Below, piece by piece: positions 9,929-18,762 of a DNA stretch of 64,000 bases (positions are counted from its first letter, which is position 1; every line of letters begins with the position of its first letter). Location of the stretch: positions 392,792 to 456,791 of the forward strand of contig CAWCDG010000003.1 in assembly GCA_963794325.1 (NCBI GenBank), read 5' to 3'. Source of the stretch: an uncultured delta proteobacterium. Lineage in GTDB: Bacteria > Desulfobacterota > Binatia > Binatales > Binataceae. Under the pieces are notes generated by a model. It was not told the origin of the DNA, did no database searches, and saw only the letters and a program-made list of their open reading frames with translations. A program made the translations under genes and the position numbers.

Positions 9929-10556
9929 GACCGGACCGGTCGCTCGGCTGGCGACGGCTGCGGCCAAGCGCAGCGCCGAGGTCGAGCGCAAGACGCGTGA
10001 GACGAGCGTCACCGCCTCGCTCAAGCTCGACGGGACAGGGCGCGGCGAGGCGAAGACCGGCGTTCCGTTCCTCGATCACATGCTCGAGAGTTTCGCACGC
10101 CACGGATTCTTCGATCTGAAGGTCGAAGCCAGCGGCGATCTGCATATAGATGACCATCACACGGTCGAAGATGTGGGGATGGTCGTGGGGCGTGCGTTCC
10201 GACAGGCGCTAGGCGATCGCGCGGGAATCAAGCGTTTCGGCGAGGCGACGGTGCCGCTGGACGAGGCCCTCTGCACCGCGATTGTCGATATCAGTGGGCG
10301 TGCGTACCTCGGCTACAACGTGCCGATCAGCCAGGAGCGGGTCGGCAACTTTCAGACCGAGCTGGTGCACGACTTCATGAAGGCGATGACCGACGAAGTC
10401 GGGATGAACTTGCATCTCATCCTGCTGAGCGGCCGCAACCCGCATCACATCATCGAGGCTACGTTCAAGGCGCTGGCGCGCGCGATGGACCATGCGACGG
10501 CGCGCGAGCCCCGGCTCTCAGGCGTGCTGTCGACCAAAGGCACGCTCAGCAGCTAG
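9891..10556 (+). CDS. hisB: Imidazoleglycerol-phosphate dehydratase
   Basis: FLDHML, DDHHTVED, NPHHIIEA, STKG. Confidence 0.96.
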   Translation: MQNKRKILRNESKTGPVARLATAAAKRSAEVERKTRETSVTASLKLDGTGRGEAKTGVPFLDHMLESFARHGFFDLKVEASGDLHIDDHHTVEDVGMVVGRAFRQALGDRAGIKRFGEATVPLDEALCTAIVDISGRAYLGYNVPISQERVGNFQTELVHDFMKAMTDEVGMNLHLILLSGRNPHHIIEATFKALARAMDHATAREPRLSGVLSTKGTLSS

Positions 10557-10561
10557 ATCGC

Positions 10562-11299
10562 TTGTTCGAGAAGTTCACCGTTATTCCCTCGATTGACCTG
10601 AAGGGCGGCCAGGTCGTGCGCTTGCTCCGCGGCGACATGAGCAAGGCGACCGTCTATGGCGCGCATCCGGCGGAGACGGCGCGTCAGTTCGAGGAGGCGG
10701 GGGCGGAACTTATCCACATAGTAGATCTCGATGGCGCGATTGCCGGAGCGCCGCGGAATATCGAGGCGATCGCGCAAATTCGCGCATCGGTGAAATGCGC
10801 AATCGACGTGAGCGGCGGCCTGCGCACAATCGAAGCGGTGCGCGCAGCGTTCGCCACCGGCGCCGACCGCGTCTCGATTGGCTCCGCTGCGTTGCTGAAT
10901 CCAGGACTGGTCCGTGACGCTTGCGCGGAGTTCCCTGAAAAAATTTTCGGATCGATCGATATTCGCGACGGCAAGCTAGCGATCAAAGGATGGGTCGAGA
11001 CGAGCCAGCTCACTGTCGCCGAAGCCGCGGGACGGTTCCGCAACGCTGGGGTTGCCGCTGCGATCGTGACGGACATCGCTCGCGACGGCGCGCAGGTCGG
11101 CGTCGATTCAGCTCGCATCGAGGAACTCGCCAAGGCGGTAGGCATTCCAGTGATTGCGTCGGGCGGCGTCGCTAGTCTCGACGACATCCGCGCTCTTAGG
11201 ACCCGGTTCGAAACTGGGGTGGTGGGAGTAGTCGTCGGGCGGGCGCTGTACGAAGGAAATTTCAGCTTGCGCGACGCGTTGGCCGCTGCAGTTGGATAA
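10562..11299 (+). CDS. hisA: ProFAR isomerase
   Basis: IPSIDLKGGQVVRL, HIVDLDGA, GGLR, ASGGV, GRALYEG. Confidence 0.95.
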   Translation: MFEKFTVIPSIDLKGGQVVRLLRGDMSKATVYGAHPAETARQFEEAGAELIHIVDLDGAIAGAPRNIEAIAQIRASVKCAIDVSGGLRTIEAVRAAFATGADRVSIGSAALLNPGLVRDACAEFPEKIFGSIDIRDGKLAIKGWVETSQLTVAEAAGRFRNAGVAAAIVTDIARDGAQVGVDSARIEELAKAVGIPVIASGGVASLDDIRALRTRFETGVVGVVVGRALYEGNFSLRDALAAAVG

Positions 11300-11484
11300 G
11301 AATCGCACGCCGAAGTGAGTCGCTATAGCTACCGTACAGCTCCAGATATCTGTTTTATATTCCTTTAAATCTTTTGATACTTTTACTTATTATTTTGAAG
11401 TGTCAACTGATGGTTCTCTATGCTGCATAGCACAATAGTGAGCGGATTAGCCTAGCCCTGATAGCAGTTGCGGATCAAAGACGC

Positions 11485-11513
11485 TTGACATTCAGTTGGT
11501 GCTTGTAGACAAT
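11485..11513 (+). promoter_or_regulatory. Putative sigma70-type promoter of the Flp pilin genes
   Basis: TTGACA-17 bp-GACAAT within an AT-rich ~450 bp intergenic region. Confidence 0.45.
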
Positions 11514-11748
11514 GCCGAAGCTGGGTAAAGATACGATTTCAACTTCTCAACTAATCACAACCAATCAAGAATAAATACCGAGTAAGATTGGATATGGTAC
11601 GCGGTAAATTGTCGAGCTTGCTAGCCATAGATGTTTTTACCTTGAGAGGCGATTTTCTCTACAAGCCGTAAATTTTGTCGCAAAAGGCGCGGGAGAGGGA
11701 CTCACGCGCATGATTGTTCGAAACACTAAACGGACGGAGGACACGGAA

Positions 11749-11919
11749 ATGGACCTGATCAGAAAATTGTACGTGAAGGCTGATGGATTGGCGCGCGGCC
11801 AGACGATGGCTGAGTACGCGTTGATTCTCGCCGCAGTTGCAGTCGTAGTTTTCGCCGGCTACCAGACCATGGGTACGACGATCACCACGCTGCTGAGCAG
11901 CGTTGACGGCAAGCTGTAA
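11749..11919 (+). CDS. Flp/Fap type IVb pilin 1
   Basis: 56 aa; G|QTMAEYALIL prepilin cleavage and EY Flp motif; GGAGG RBS upstream. Confidence 0.92.
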   Translation: MDLIRKLYVKADGLARGQTMAEYALILAAVAVVVFAGYQTMGTTITTLLSSVDGKL

Positions 11920-11949
11920 TCCCGCAACCGATCGTAGACGATTGTGTGC

Positions 11950-11984
11950 AGCCGGCGGGGGTTTTGTTCCTCCGCCGGTTTAAT
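11950..11984 (+). terminator. Hairpin (terminator or RNA-stabilising element) between the two pilin genes
   Basis: AGCCGGCGGGGG-TTTTGTT-CCTCCGCCGGTT followed by TAAT. Confidence 0.5.
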
Positions 11985-12042
11985 CCCAATTCGACACGAG
12001 ATTCAGGCAGCCGAAATTATCCGCTGCCACCCGGAGTTTACA

Positions 12043-12207
12043 ATGTTTACCAAGCTATTTTTGAAAACCAGGGACTTTGCGCGCGGCCAGACGATGGCTG
12101 AGTATGCGTTGATTCTTGCGGCAGTTGCAGTCGTAGTTTTCGCCGGCTACCAGACCATGGGTACGACGATCACGACGCTGCTATCCAGCGTGGACACCAG
12201 TCTCTAG
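12043..12207 (+). CDS. Flp/Fap type IVb pilin 2
   Basis: 54 aa; same mature sequence as pilin 1 apart from the last residues; GGAG RBS. Confidence 0.9.
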   Translation: MFTKLFLKTRDFARGQTMAEYALILAAVAVVVFAGYQTMGTTITTLLSSVDTSL

Positions 12208-12254
12208 TCGCGCCGTCAGCTATTGCTCGATAATCCGCTCAGGCTGCGTCCATT

Positions 12255-13259
12255 TTAAGGACGCAGTCTGACCTGCGGATTTGCGCACCATCGCGGCATC
12301 CGGCCGGCGAACCCGTCCAGGATATTGTCGACCGCGATTGCCGCCATTCGGGCGCGAGCGTTAATGCTCGCGCTGCCGATGTGCGGCGTGATCACGACAT
12401 TGTTGAGTCGAAGAACTGGATCTCGACGTGCAATAGGCTCCGGATCGGTAACATCCAGACCCGCACCAGCCAAGCGGCCAGATTTCAGCGCAGCCAGCAT
12501 CGCAGCCTGATCGATGACAGCGCCGCGCGCCGTGTTGATTAGAATCGCGCGCGGCTTCATCAGAGCAAACTCGCGCGCCCCGATCATGTGATGCGTCTTT
12601 GCCGTCAGCGGCACGTGAATCGATACATAGTCAGATCGGGCCAGTAAACTATTCAAGCTGACACCGGCCGCGAGGCGCGCGTCGCGCGACAGCTTTCGAT
12701 TCCCTGGCGGATGCTTCAGATACAGCACGCGCATCTCGAAGCCCATAGCGCGGCGCGCCATCGCCTGGCCGATCGCACCGAATCCGATTAGTCCGAGCGT
12801 GCTCGAATGCACGTCGTGGCCCAGCATGGTCATCGGTCCCCACGTGCGCCATTTGCCCGCGCGTACGTGACGGTCAGCCTCGGCGATTCTGCGCGCCGTC
12901 GCCATCAGCAGGCCGAAGGCAAGATCTGCGGTGGCCTCGGTCAGCACGCCGGGCGTATGACCGACCGCGATGCCGGCGCGGGTCGCCGCCTCGAGATCAA
13001 TGTTATCGACGCCCACCGCCAGGTTGCTGATGACGCGGAGCCGCGGCGCGCCCGCAATCACGCTCGCGTCGATCTTGTCGGTGACCATCGAGAGCACCGC
13101 GTCGGCATTCGTCAGCGCCGCTCGCAGCGCCGCGGCCGGTGGCGGCATCTCTTTATCCCAGACCAAAACTCTAACCGCGTCGCGCAGCCGTATCAGCGCA
13201 CCAGGGTCGATCTGGCGTGTCACGAAGACTGTTCTGCTGGTTCGCGGCGTCCGCGGCAT
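12255..13259 (-). CDS. D-2-hydroxyacid dehydrogenase (glyoxylate reductase/D-glycerate dehydrogenase type)
   Basis: GFGAIG, INTARG, LDVTDPEP, TPHIGSA. Confidence 0.9.
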   Translation of the reverse strand: MPRTPRTSRTVFVTRQIDPGALIRLRDAVRVLVWDKEMPPPAAALRAALTNADAVLSMVTDKIDASVIAGAPRLRVISNLAVGVDNIDLEAATRAGIAVGHTPGVLTEATADLAFGLLMATARRIAEADRHVRAGKWRTWGPMTMLGHDVHSSTLGLIGFGAIGQAMARRAMGFEMRVLYLKHPPGNRKLSRDARLAAGVSLNSLLARSDYVSIHVPLTAKTHHMIGAREFALMKPRAILINTARGAVIDQAAMLAALKSGRLAGAGLDVTDPEPIARRDPVLRLNNVVITPHIGSASINARARMAAIAVDNILDGFAGRMPRWCANPQVRLRP

Positions 13260-13316
13260 ACGGCGAAACTCCCCGGCGGTTCAAATAGTTCTGTGGCTCT
13301 GCTATACGCGACAAGC

Positions 13317-15488
13317 GTGGCTGACTCTATCATTGCATCAATAGTTTCGTCGGCTCGTTCGAGCGGGCGGTCGGTTCTCACGGAAGTCGAGAGCAAGCGG
13401 ATTTTGCATTCGCTCGGGCTGCCGGTCCTCGTGCCGGAAGTTGCTGCGACGGCTGACGACGCAGTGCTGGCGGCGTCGCGGATCGGATTTCCGGTGGTGC
13501 TGAAAGTGCTGTCCCCCAAGGTGAGTCACAAGACCGACGTCGGCGGAGTCGAACTGAATCTCGCTGACGACGCCGCGGTGCGCGAGGCTTTCGAGCGGAT
13601 TCGCCGGAATCTCGCTGCCAAAGCCCGCGACGCGCACTTCGAAGGCGTCGCGGTACAGCCGATGGCGAAGCAGGGCGTCGAGCTGATCGCCGGGACGTTT
13701 CGCGACGATCGATTCGGGGCGATGGTGATGGTCGGGCTCGGCGGGGTGTTGGTCGAAGTGGTGAAGGATACGGCGCTGGCGCTGGCTCCGATTAGCGGGC
13801 GAGAGGCATCGGCGATGCTCGCGAGGCTGCGCGGCGCGCAGATTCTCCGCGGCGTCCGCGGTCAGTCGGGCGTCGATCAAGATGCGATCGTGTCGCTCCT
13901 CGAAACCATTTCCGGGATCGCATGGACCCATCCCGAGATCGCCGAGATGGATCTCAACCCGGTCGTCGCATATGGAGACGGCCTCGCAATCCTGGACGCG
14001 CGAATCGTGCTCGCAGGCGTCACCTCGGCAACTCCGCAGCCCGATCCGCATCGAGCGGCGCGGCTCAAAAATCTCGAGCGCGCGTTCAACCCGCGCGCCG
14101 TTGTCGTGATCGGCGACAAGCGGATGGGCGGGTACATGTGGCTGCGCGCGATGGCGCATCTCAAGGGCAAGCTTTATTCGGTGCAGATCGATCCGAATGA
14201 AATACCGGGAATCGAGGCGATGGGCGTCGAGAATCGCAAGAGTCTCGCCGAGATCACCGAGCCCATCGATTATGCGGTCAGCGCCGTTCCGCGCCAGATC
14301 GCGCCGCGAATTTTGAAAGATTGCGTCGCTAATCACGTCGGTTCGATCGGGTTTTTCACGTCGGGATTTTCGGAGACGTCGGAAGAGCTGGGAATTCGCC
14401 TCGAAGGCGAGCTGCGCGACATCGCGATCAACTCGGAAATCGCGCTGGTCGGACCGAATTGCATGGGGCTGTACAGCCCGGGCGCCGGTCTGCGCAATTT
14501 TCCCGAAGAAAAAATCGGTGACGCCGGCGACGTCTGTTTCATCTCACAAAGTGGCACGCACACGATCAATTTTTGTCTCCAGGCCCCGAGCCACGGCATC
14601 CAGGTGAATAAGGCGGCTTCGATCGGCAACGTCCTCGTGCTAGAGGCGGCGGATTACATCGACCTGATGGCGGCCGACCCCGCAACGCGTGTGATCGGAA
14701 TGTATATCGAAGGGGTACGCGACGGGCGGCGCTTCTTCGACAGCGTCCGGCACGCAGCCGAGCGGCATCCGGTGGTGATCTGGAAGGGCGGCGTTACCGA
14801 GGCCGGCGCGCGCGCGACGTTCTCGCACACCGGCTCGCTCGCGACGCCGGAGGCGACCTGGCGCACCGTCGTACGGCAGAGTGGGGCGGTCGAAGTCGCC
14901 AGCCTCGACGCGATGCTCGATGCGGTCGAGCTGTTCGCGCGGGCCAAGCGCCTCGCGGGCCGCAGGATGGGGCTGGTCGCGATGACCGGAGGGCAATCCG
15001 TGGTAATCACCGACACGTTCGCGACCGCCGGCCTGGAGATTCCCGCGCTGTCGGACTCCTCGTACGATGAACTGAAATCATTCTTCAACGTGATCGGCGG
15101 CAGCTATCGCAATCCGCTCGACGCCGGCGGCACCATCGGCGCCGGTCATCATCAGGGCAATCTTGATCGTATCCTCGAGATTCTCGAACGCGATTCGGTT
15201 ATCGACGCAATCGTGCTCGAAGTCGGCACGGGACTTCGCGCCGCGCGATGGGCCGCGCATGAGGATGAAATCACCGGCCTGCTCGATAAGCTCGCGGACT
15301 TTGGCAACCGCTCGACCAAGCCTTTCGCAATCGTGATGCATCCGGCGCATGTCGAGGCGATCGTCGCACGCGGCAAGGAGCTGGCGCGTGCGCGCGGCCT
15401 GGTGGTGTTCGACAGTTTCGAGCGCGCCGCGGCCGCATTCCGCACGGTGTCGGACTACTGGGCAAATCGCGCGCGGCAGGGCAGTTAG
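13317..15488 (+). CDS. ADP-forming acyl-CoA synthetase family, ATP-grasp (beta) domain fused N-terminal to CoA-binding (alpha) domains
   Basis: HKTDVGGV, EMDLNP, GPNCMG, SQSG, SHTGSLA; GTG start chosen beyond the divergent gene. Confidence 0.88.
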   Translation: MADSIIASIVSSARSSGRSVLTEVESKRILHSLGLPVLVPEVAATADDAVLAASRIGFPVVLKVLSPKVSHKTDVGGVELNLADDAAVREAFERIRRNLAAKARDAHFEGVAVQPMAKQGVELIAGTFRDDRFGAMVMVGLGGVLVEVVKDTALALAPISGREASAMLARLRGAQILRGVRGQSGVDQDAIVSLLETISGIAWTHPEIAEMDLNPVVAYGDGLAILDARIVLAGVTSATPQPDPHRAARLKNLERAFNPRAVVVIGDKRMGGYMWLRAMAHLKGKLYSVQIDPNEIPGIEAMGVENRKSLAEITEPIDYAVSAVPRQIAPRILKDCVANHVGSIGFFTSGFSETSEELGIRLEGELRDIAINSEIALVGPNCMGLYSPGAGLRNFPEEKIGDAGDVCFISQSGTHTINFCLQAPSHGIQVNKAASIGNVLVLEAADYIDLMAADPATRVIGMYIEGVRDGRRFFDSVRHAAERHPVVIWKGGVTEAGARATFSHTGSLATPEATWRTVVRQSGAVEVASLDAMLDAVELFARAKRLAGRRMGLVAMTGGQSVVITDTFATAGLEIPALSDSSYDELKSFFNVIGGSYRNPLDAGGTIGAGHHQGNLDRILEILERDSVIDAIVLEVGTGLRAARWAAHEDEITGLLDKLADFGNRSTKPFAIVMHPAHVEAIVARGKELARARGLVVFDSFERAAAAFRTVSDYWANRARQGS

Positions 15489-15506
15489 ACTCGCGGAGAG
15501 CCAGAG

Positions 15507-16694
15507 GTGCTGAATATGGACCGGCTCGTATCTGAACGCGCACGACCTTACTTCGAGAAGGTGGGAAAGCTCGCGCCGATAATCCGCGAACATGCCGACC
15601 GCGCCGAGCGCGATGCGCAGATGCCGCGTGAGGTAATCGATGCGTTCCATGAAGCCGGGCTGTTTCGGATTCTCCTGCCGCGCCAAATGGGCGGCGGCGA
15701 ACTGACGATTCCCGATTCGCTGCGGCTGTGCGAGGAAGTTTCGTGCATCGACGCGTCGGCGGGTTGGAATCTCGCAATTTGTTCGGGCAGTCCGCTGTTT
15801 GGACACAATCTTTCTCGCGCGGCATTCGAAAAGGTTTACGGCGATCCGCGCGGAATGAGCGCTGGTTCGCTGAATCCCGCGACTACCCGGGTTGTTGCAG
15901 TTGACGGCGGATGGCGTTTCAGCGGCAAAGCGACTTACGCCAGCGCCTCGGCTCACGCGACCCATTTGATGGCGGCGGGGATGGTGCTGCGCGACGGTGC
16001 GCCGCAAATCATCAACGGCTTCCCCGTGATGCGAGCGGGGCTGTTCCCAATCAAACAAGCCGAGATCCTCAATACCTGGGCGACCTCCGGGATGCGCGGC
16101 ACTGGCAGTAACGATTGCGTCTTCGAGAACGTCTTTGTCCCCGATGAATTCACCTTCGACTGGCTGAACGCGAAAACGCCATGGCAGCGTGGCCCATTCG
16201 CGAACATTCCGTTGCAGCTGCAATTTGTCGGCGGCCTGGTCTCGGTGGTGCTCGGCACCGCTCGCCACGCCCTCGACTCGCTTAACGAAATCGCGCAGGT
16301 CAAAGTGCCGGCGGCGACTCGGGCAACGTTGCGCGAGCGACCCCTCGCACAGATCCAGTTCGCGCAGGCGGAAGGCCTTCTGCACGCAGCGCGCGCCTAC
16401 TTCTACAGTTGCAATGATGAAATTTGGCGCAAGGGCGAGGCCGGCGAGAGGTTTAGCATCGAGGACCGGGCGCACGCGCGGCTCGCGGTGGTCACTGCTG
16501 CGAAGCTGGCGGTGAATGCGGTCGATTTGGTCGCGGACGCTGCCGGCATGAACTCGGCGCAGACATCGTGTCCAATCGAGCGATGCTGGCGCGACATCCA
16601 TACCGCGACGCAACACGTCCTGATGAACACGTCCCGCTTCGAGGTAGTAGGCCGCGTCCTGTTCGGCCTGGATCCGGGCTCGCCGGTAATCTGA
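15507..16694 (+). CDS. Acyl-CoA-dehydrogenase-fold flavin-dependent monooxygenase (HsaA/HpaH-like)
   Basis: GLFRILLPRQMGGGE, W-x3-GMRGTGS, IERCWRDIHTATQH. Confidence 0.82.
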   Translation: MLNMDRLVSERARPYFEKVGKLAPIIREHADRAERDAQMPREVIDAFHEAGLFRILLPRQMGGGELTIPDSLRLCEEVSCIDASAGWNLAICSGSPLFGHNLSRAAFEKVYGDPRGMSAGSLNPATTRVVAVDGGWRFSGKATYASASAHATHLMAAGMVLRDGAPQIINGFPVMRAGLFPIKQAEILNTWATSGMRGTGSNDCVFENVFVPDEFTFDWLNAKTPWQRGPFANIPLQLQFVGGLVSVVLGTARHALDSLNEIAQVKVPAATRATLRERPLAQIQFAQAEGLLHAARAYFYSCNDEIWRKGEAGERFSIEDRAHARLAVVTAAKLAVNAVDLVADAAGMNSAQTSCPIERCWRDIHTATQHVLMNTSRFEVVGRVLFGLDPGSPVI

Positions 16695-16706
16695 AAAAGC
16701 ATCTGG

Positions 16707-16732
16707 TGTACAAAAGTAGCGGGATGTACAAT
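16707..16732 (+). promoter_or_regulatory. Putative Phd/YefM-type TA operator
   Basis: Two TGTACA palindromes (16707-16712, 16725-16730); the second overlaps a TACAAT -10-like hexamer upstream of the antitoxin. Confidence 0.6.
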
Positions 16733-16765
16733 TGAGTCAAGTTTAAATCTCTGAGTTCACAAATT

Positions 16766-17047
16766 ATGCGCACGACCAAAAAATCCACTGATGCTGCGGT
16801 CACTACAGCCGCCGCACGCAAGAACTTTTCTGATTTGATCAACCGCGTTGCCTACGGGAAAGACCGCGTCGTTCTGACGCGCCGCAACAAGCCATTAGCC
16901 GCAGTAGTACCGATCGAAGATATCGCGCTGATCGAAGAAATCGAGGACCGGGAAGATCTAAAGGCAGCGCGCGCCGCGCTTCGCGAAGCGAAACGTAAGG
17001 GCACGATCCCGTGGGCGCGCATCAAGAAGGAGCTGAACCTCCCCTGA
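16766..17047 (+). CDS. Phd/YefM family antitoxin
   Basis: ARKNFSDLINRVAYGKDRVVLTRRNKPLAAVVP. Confidence 0.9.
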   Translation: MRTTKKSTDAAVTTAAARKNFSDLINRVAYGKDRVVLTRRNKPLAAVVPIEDIALIEEIEDREDLKAARAALREAKRKGTIPWARIKKELNLP

Positions 17048-17054
17048 CCTCGCG

Positions 17055-17312
17055 ATGGCGTACGCGATCGAGTTCGTACCAAGCGCGAAGCGCGAGTTAA
17101 AAAAGCTTCCACGAGAAGTTCAGCTCAAGCTAAATCAACGTATCGATTCGCTTTCGATCGAGCCCCGTCCGCGCGGCTCCAAGAAGCTGAAAGGGGCGAC
17201 TGAACTGTCGCGAATCCGCGTTGGCGACTACCGAGTCGTCTACGAAGTACGGGACAAGCTTCTCGTCGTCTTAGTGGTTCGCGTCGCGCACCGTCGCGAG
17301 GTCTATCGTTGA
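17055..17312 (+). CDS. RelE/ParE family toxin
   Basis: RIRVGDYRVVYEV...HRREVYR. Confidence 0.92.
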   Translation: MAYAIEFVPSAKRELKKLPREVQLKLNQRIDSLSIEPRPRGSKKLKGATELSRIRVGDYRVVYEVRDKLLVVLVVRVAHRREVYR

Positions 17313-17315
17313 TGC

Positions 17316-18710
17316 TTACCGCGGTGGTTCGAGCACCGTCATCACTGTGCCCGTTGTCGCATCGCCATCCAGGAACGCAAGCCATCGTCCTCTAAGCGAC
17401 CAGCTCATCGTGACCGTGCCCTGCGCCGGACCTTCGGCCAATAGAAACGCGCTGTCGTAATGCAGCGAGTACGTGACGATTTTTCGCCACGGCACCGGTT
17501 TGCTCGGCGCATAGATCTGCATCGCTGCTTCGTCCGCGCCCTTCGAATAGGCCATCGTGCTCTCCGCGAGCATCTCCGGCCATGTCTCGAAGCCCAACGA
17601 TTTCACATCAACCTGCCCCTGCTCGGACTGCGCTACTGCGACTTGCGCGGGGATCGGCATCGCGGGCCGCTCGATTGCCCGCGCGAACGTGAGATTCTTG
17701 TTGCCCAGCGTGACGGTGTCGCTGCCCGCGGCGAACGAAGCCGCGCCCGTCGATACGCCCATCAGATGCTCGGCGCCGGTCGCAATGTTGTATTTGAATA
17801 CGCCGATCGTGTGCTGCGTCGGATCGGGACCGACGTAAATAAACGAGCCTTCGTCGTCCTTGTCCCAATCGAGTACGTGGATCGGCTGGCGCACATGAAA
17901 CCTGGTGCAGGTCGAGGCGCGCCGATCGATTATCACCGGCGGTGCGCCTGCGTCGCCCTGGCCGACCGCATAGACACCGTGCGCGCTCCAACTGAGCGGA
18001 GACATCGGGCACGACAACTTCAGTGGCGCGACAGAGCCGGCGCCGGTGATGACGATCAACTGCAAGCCGTTCGAAGGTGTTGGCGGCGGTTGAACGTCGG
18101 GCTCATCGGGATTGGCTTTCGGCATCTCCTCGCCAGATCCCGATTCTTCCGGCGGCTTGGGATGCTGCCGCAGCGCGAGCGCGATCGTGGCGTCATTCAG
18201 CCAGCTCATCGAGATCGAGTCGAACTTGCCGTTGAAGCTGGCGATCGGGTTGCCCGGACCGGTGGCGATGAGGTCGCGAACGATCACATCGACTCGATCG
18301 CCGCCCGTTGCGACCATCGCCGTCGCCAGCGTCAGTCCGTTGGGGCTGACCCCGACGTCCGCGATCGTTCCATTCTCAGCGGCAGCCGGTCCGGTCTCCG
18401 CCGCGAGGATTCGTCCGGTTCGCCACGCGGCGCCACCCAGGCCGTACATGACGGTGTGTCCGTCCTGCGTCCCGACCACGCCAATCTCCTCGCCGTTCTG
18501 CATCCAGATCGGCGGACGCGACGGAATCGGCGCGAACCCTTGCGGCATCGCGACGTTGGTCAGCACCTTGATACCATTGGTCACCGCCAGCGTTGTGGAT
18601 CGTGCAACAAATGGCGGCGGGCTGGGCTTGAGCGCGTCGCTACCACTCGAGCACGAGGTGACGCTCACGACAGTCAGAGCGAGAATCAGGATGAAGACAG
18701 ACCTGGGCAT
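17316..18710 (-). CDS. Hypothetical lipoprotein, probable beta-propeller (TolB-like repeats)
   Basis: Lipobox VTSC; recurring W-S-x-x-G / SPNG segments. Confidence 0.6.
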   Translation of the reverse strand: MPRSVFILILALTVVSVTSCSSGSDALKPSPPPFVARSTTLAVTNGIKVLTNVAMPQGFAPIPSRPPIWMQNGEEIGVVGTQDGHTVMYGLGGAAWRTGRILAAETGPAAAENGTIADVGVSPNGLTLATAMVATGGDRVDVIVRDLIATGPGNPIASFNGKFDSISMSWLNDATIALALRQHPKPPEESGSGEEMPKANPDEPDVQPPPTPSNGLQLIVITGAGSVAPLKLSCPMSPLSWSAHGVYAVGQGDAGAPPVIIDRRASTCTRFHVRQPIHVLDWDKDDEGSFIYVGPDPTQHTIGVFKYNIATGAEHLMGVSTGAASFAAGSDTVTLGNKNLTFARAIERPAMPIPAQVAVAQSEQGQVDVKSLGFETWPEMLAESTMAYSKGADEAAMQIYAPSKPVPWRKIVTYSLHYDSAFLLAEGPAQGTVTMSWSLRGRWLAFLDGDATTGTVMTVLEPPR

Positions 18711-18762
18711 CAGAAAGCGGTAGTGTATTTAGGACGTTCGAAAAAGGCGACCCATTCAAAGA

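Noticed and set aside
10710-10718. Perfect DnaA box TTATCCACA (another on the reverse strand at 18788-18796)
   Set aside because: Single boxes inside coding regions. The nearby AT-rich gap has no box cluster, so oriC is not called.
11640-11748. Possible c-di-GMP riboswitch upstream of the pilins
   Set aside because: I could not find the GCAAA..GAAA..GCAAAG architecture of class I or a class II pattern.
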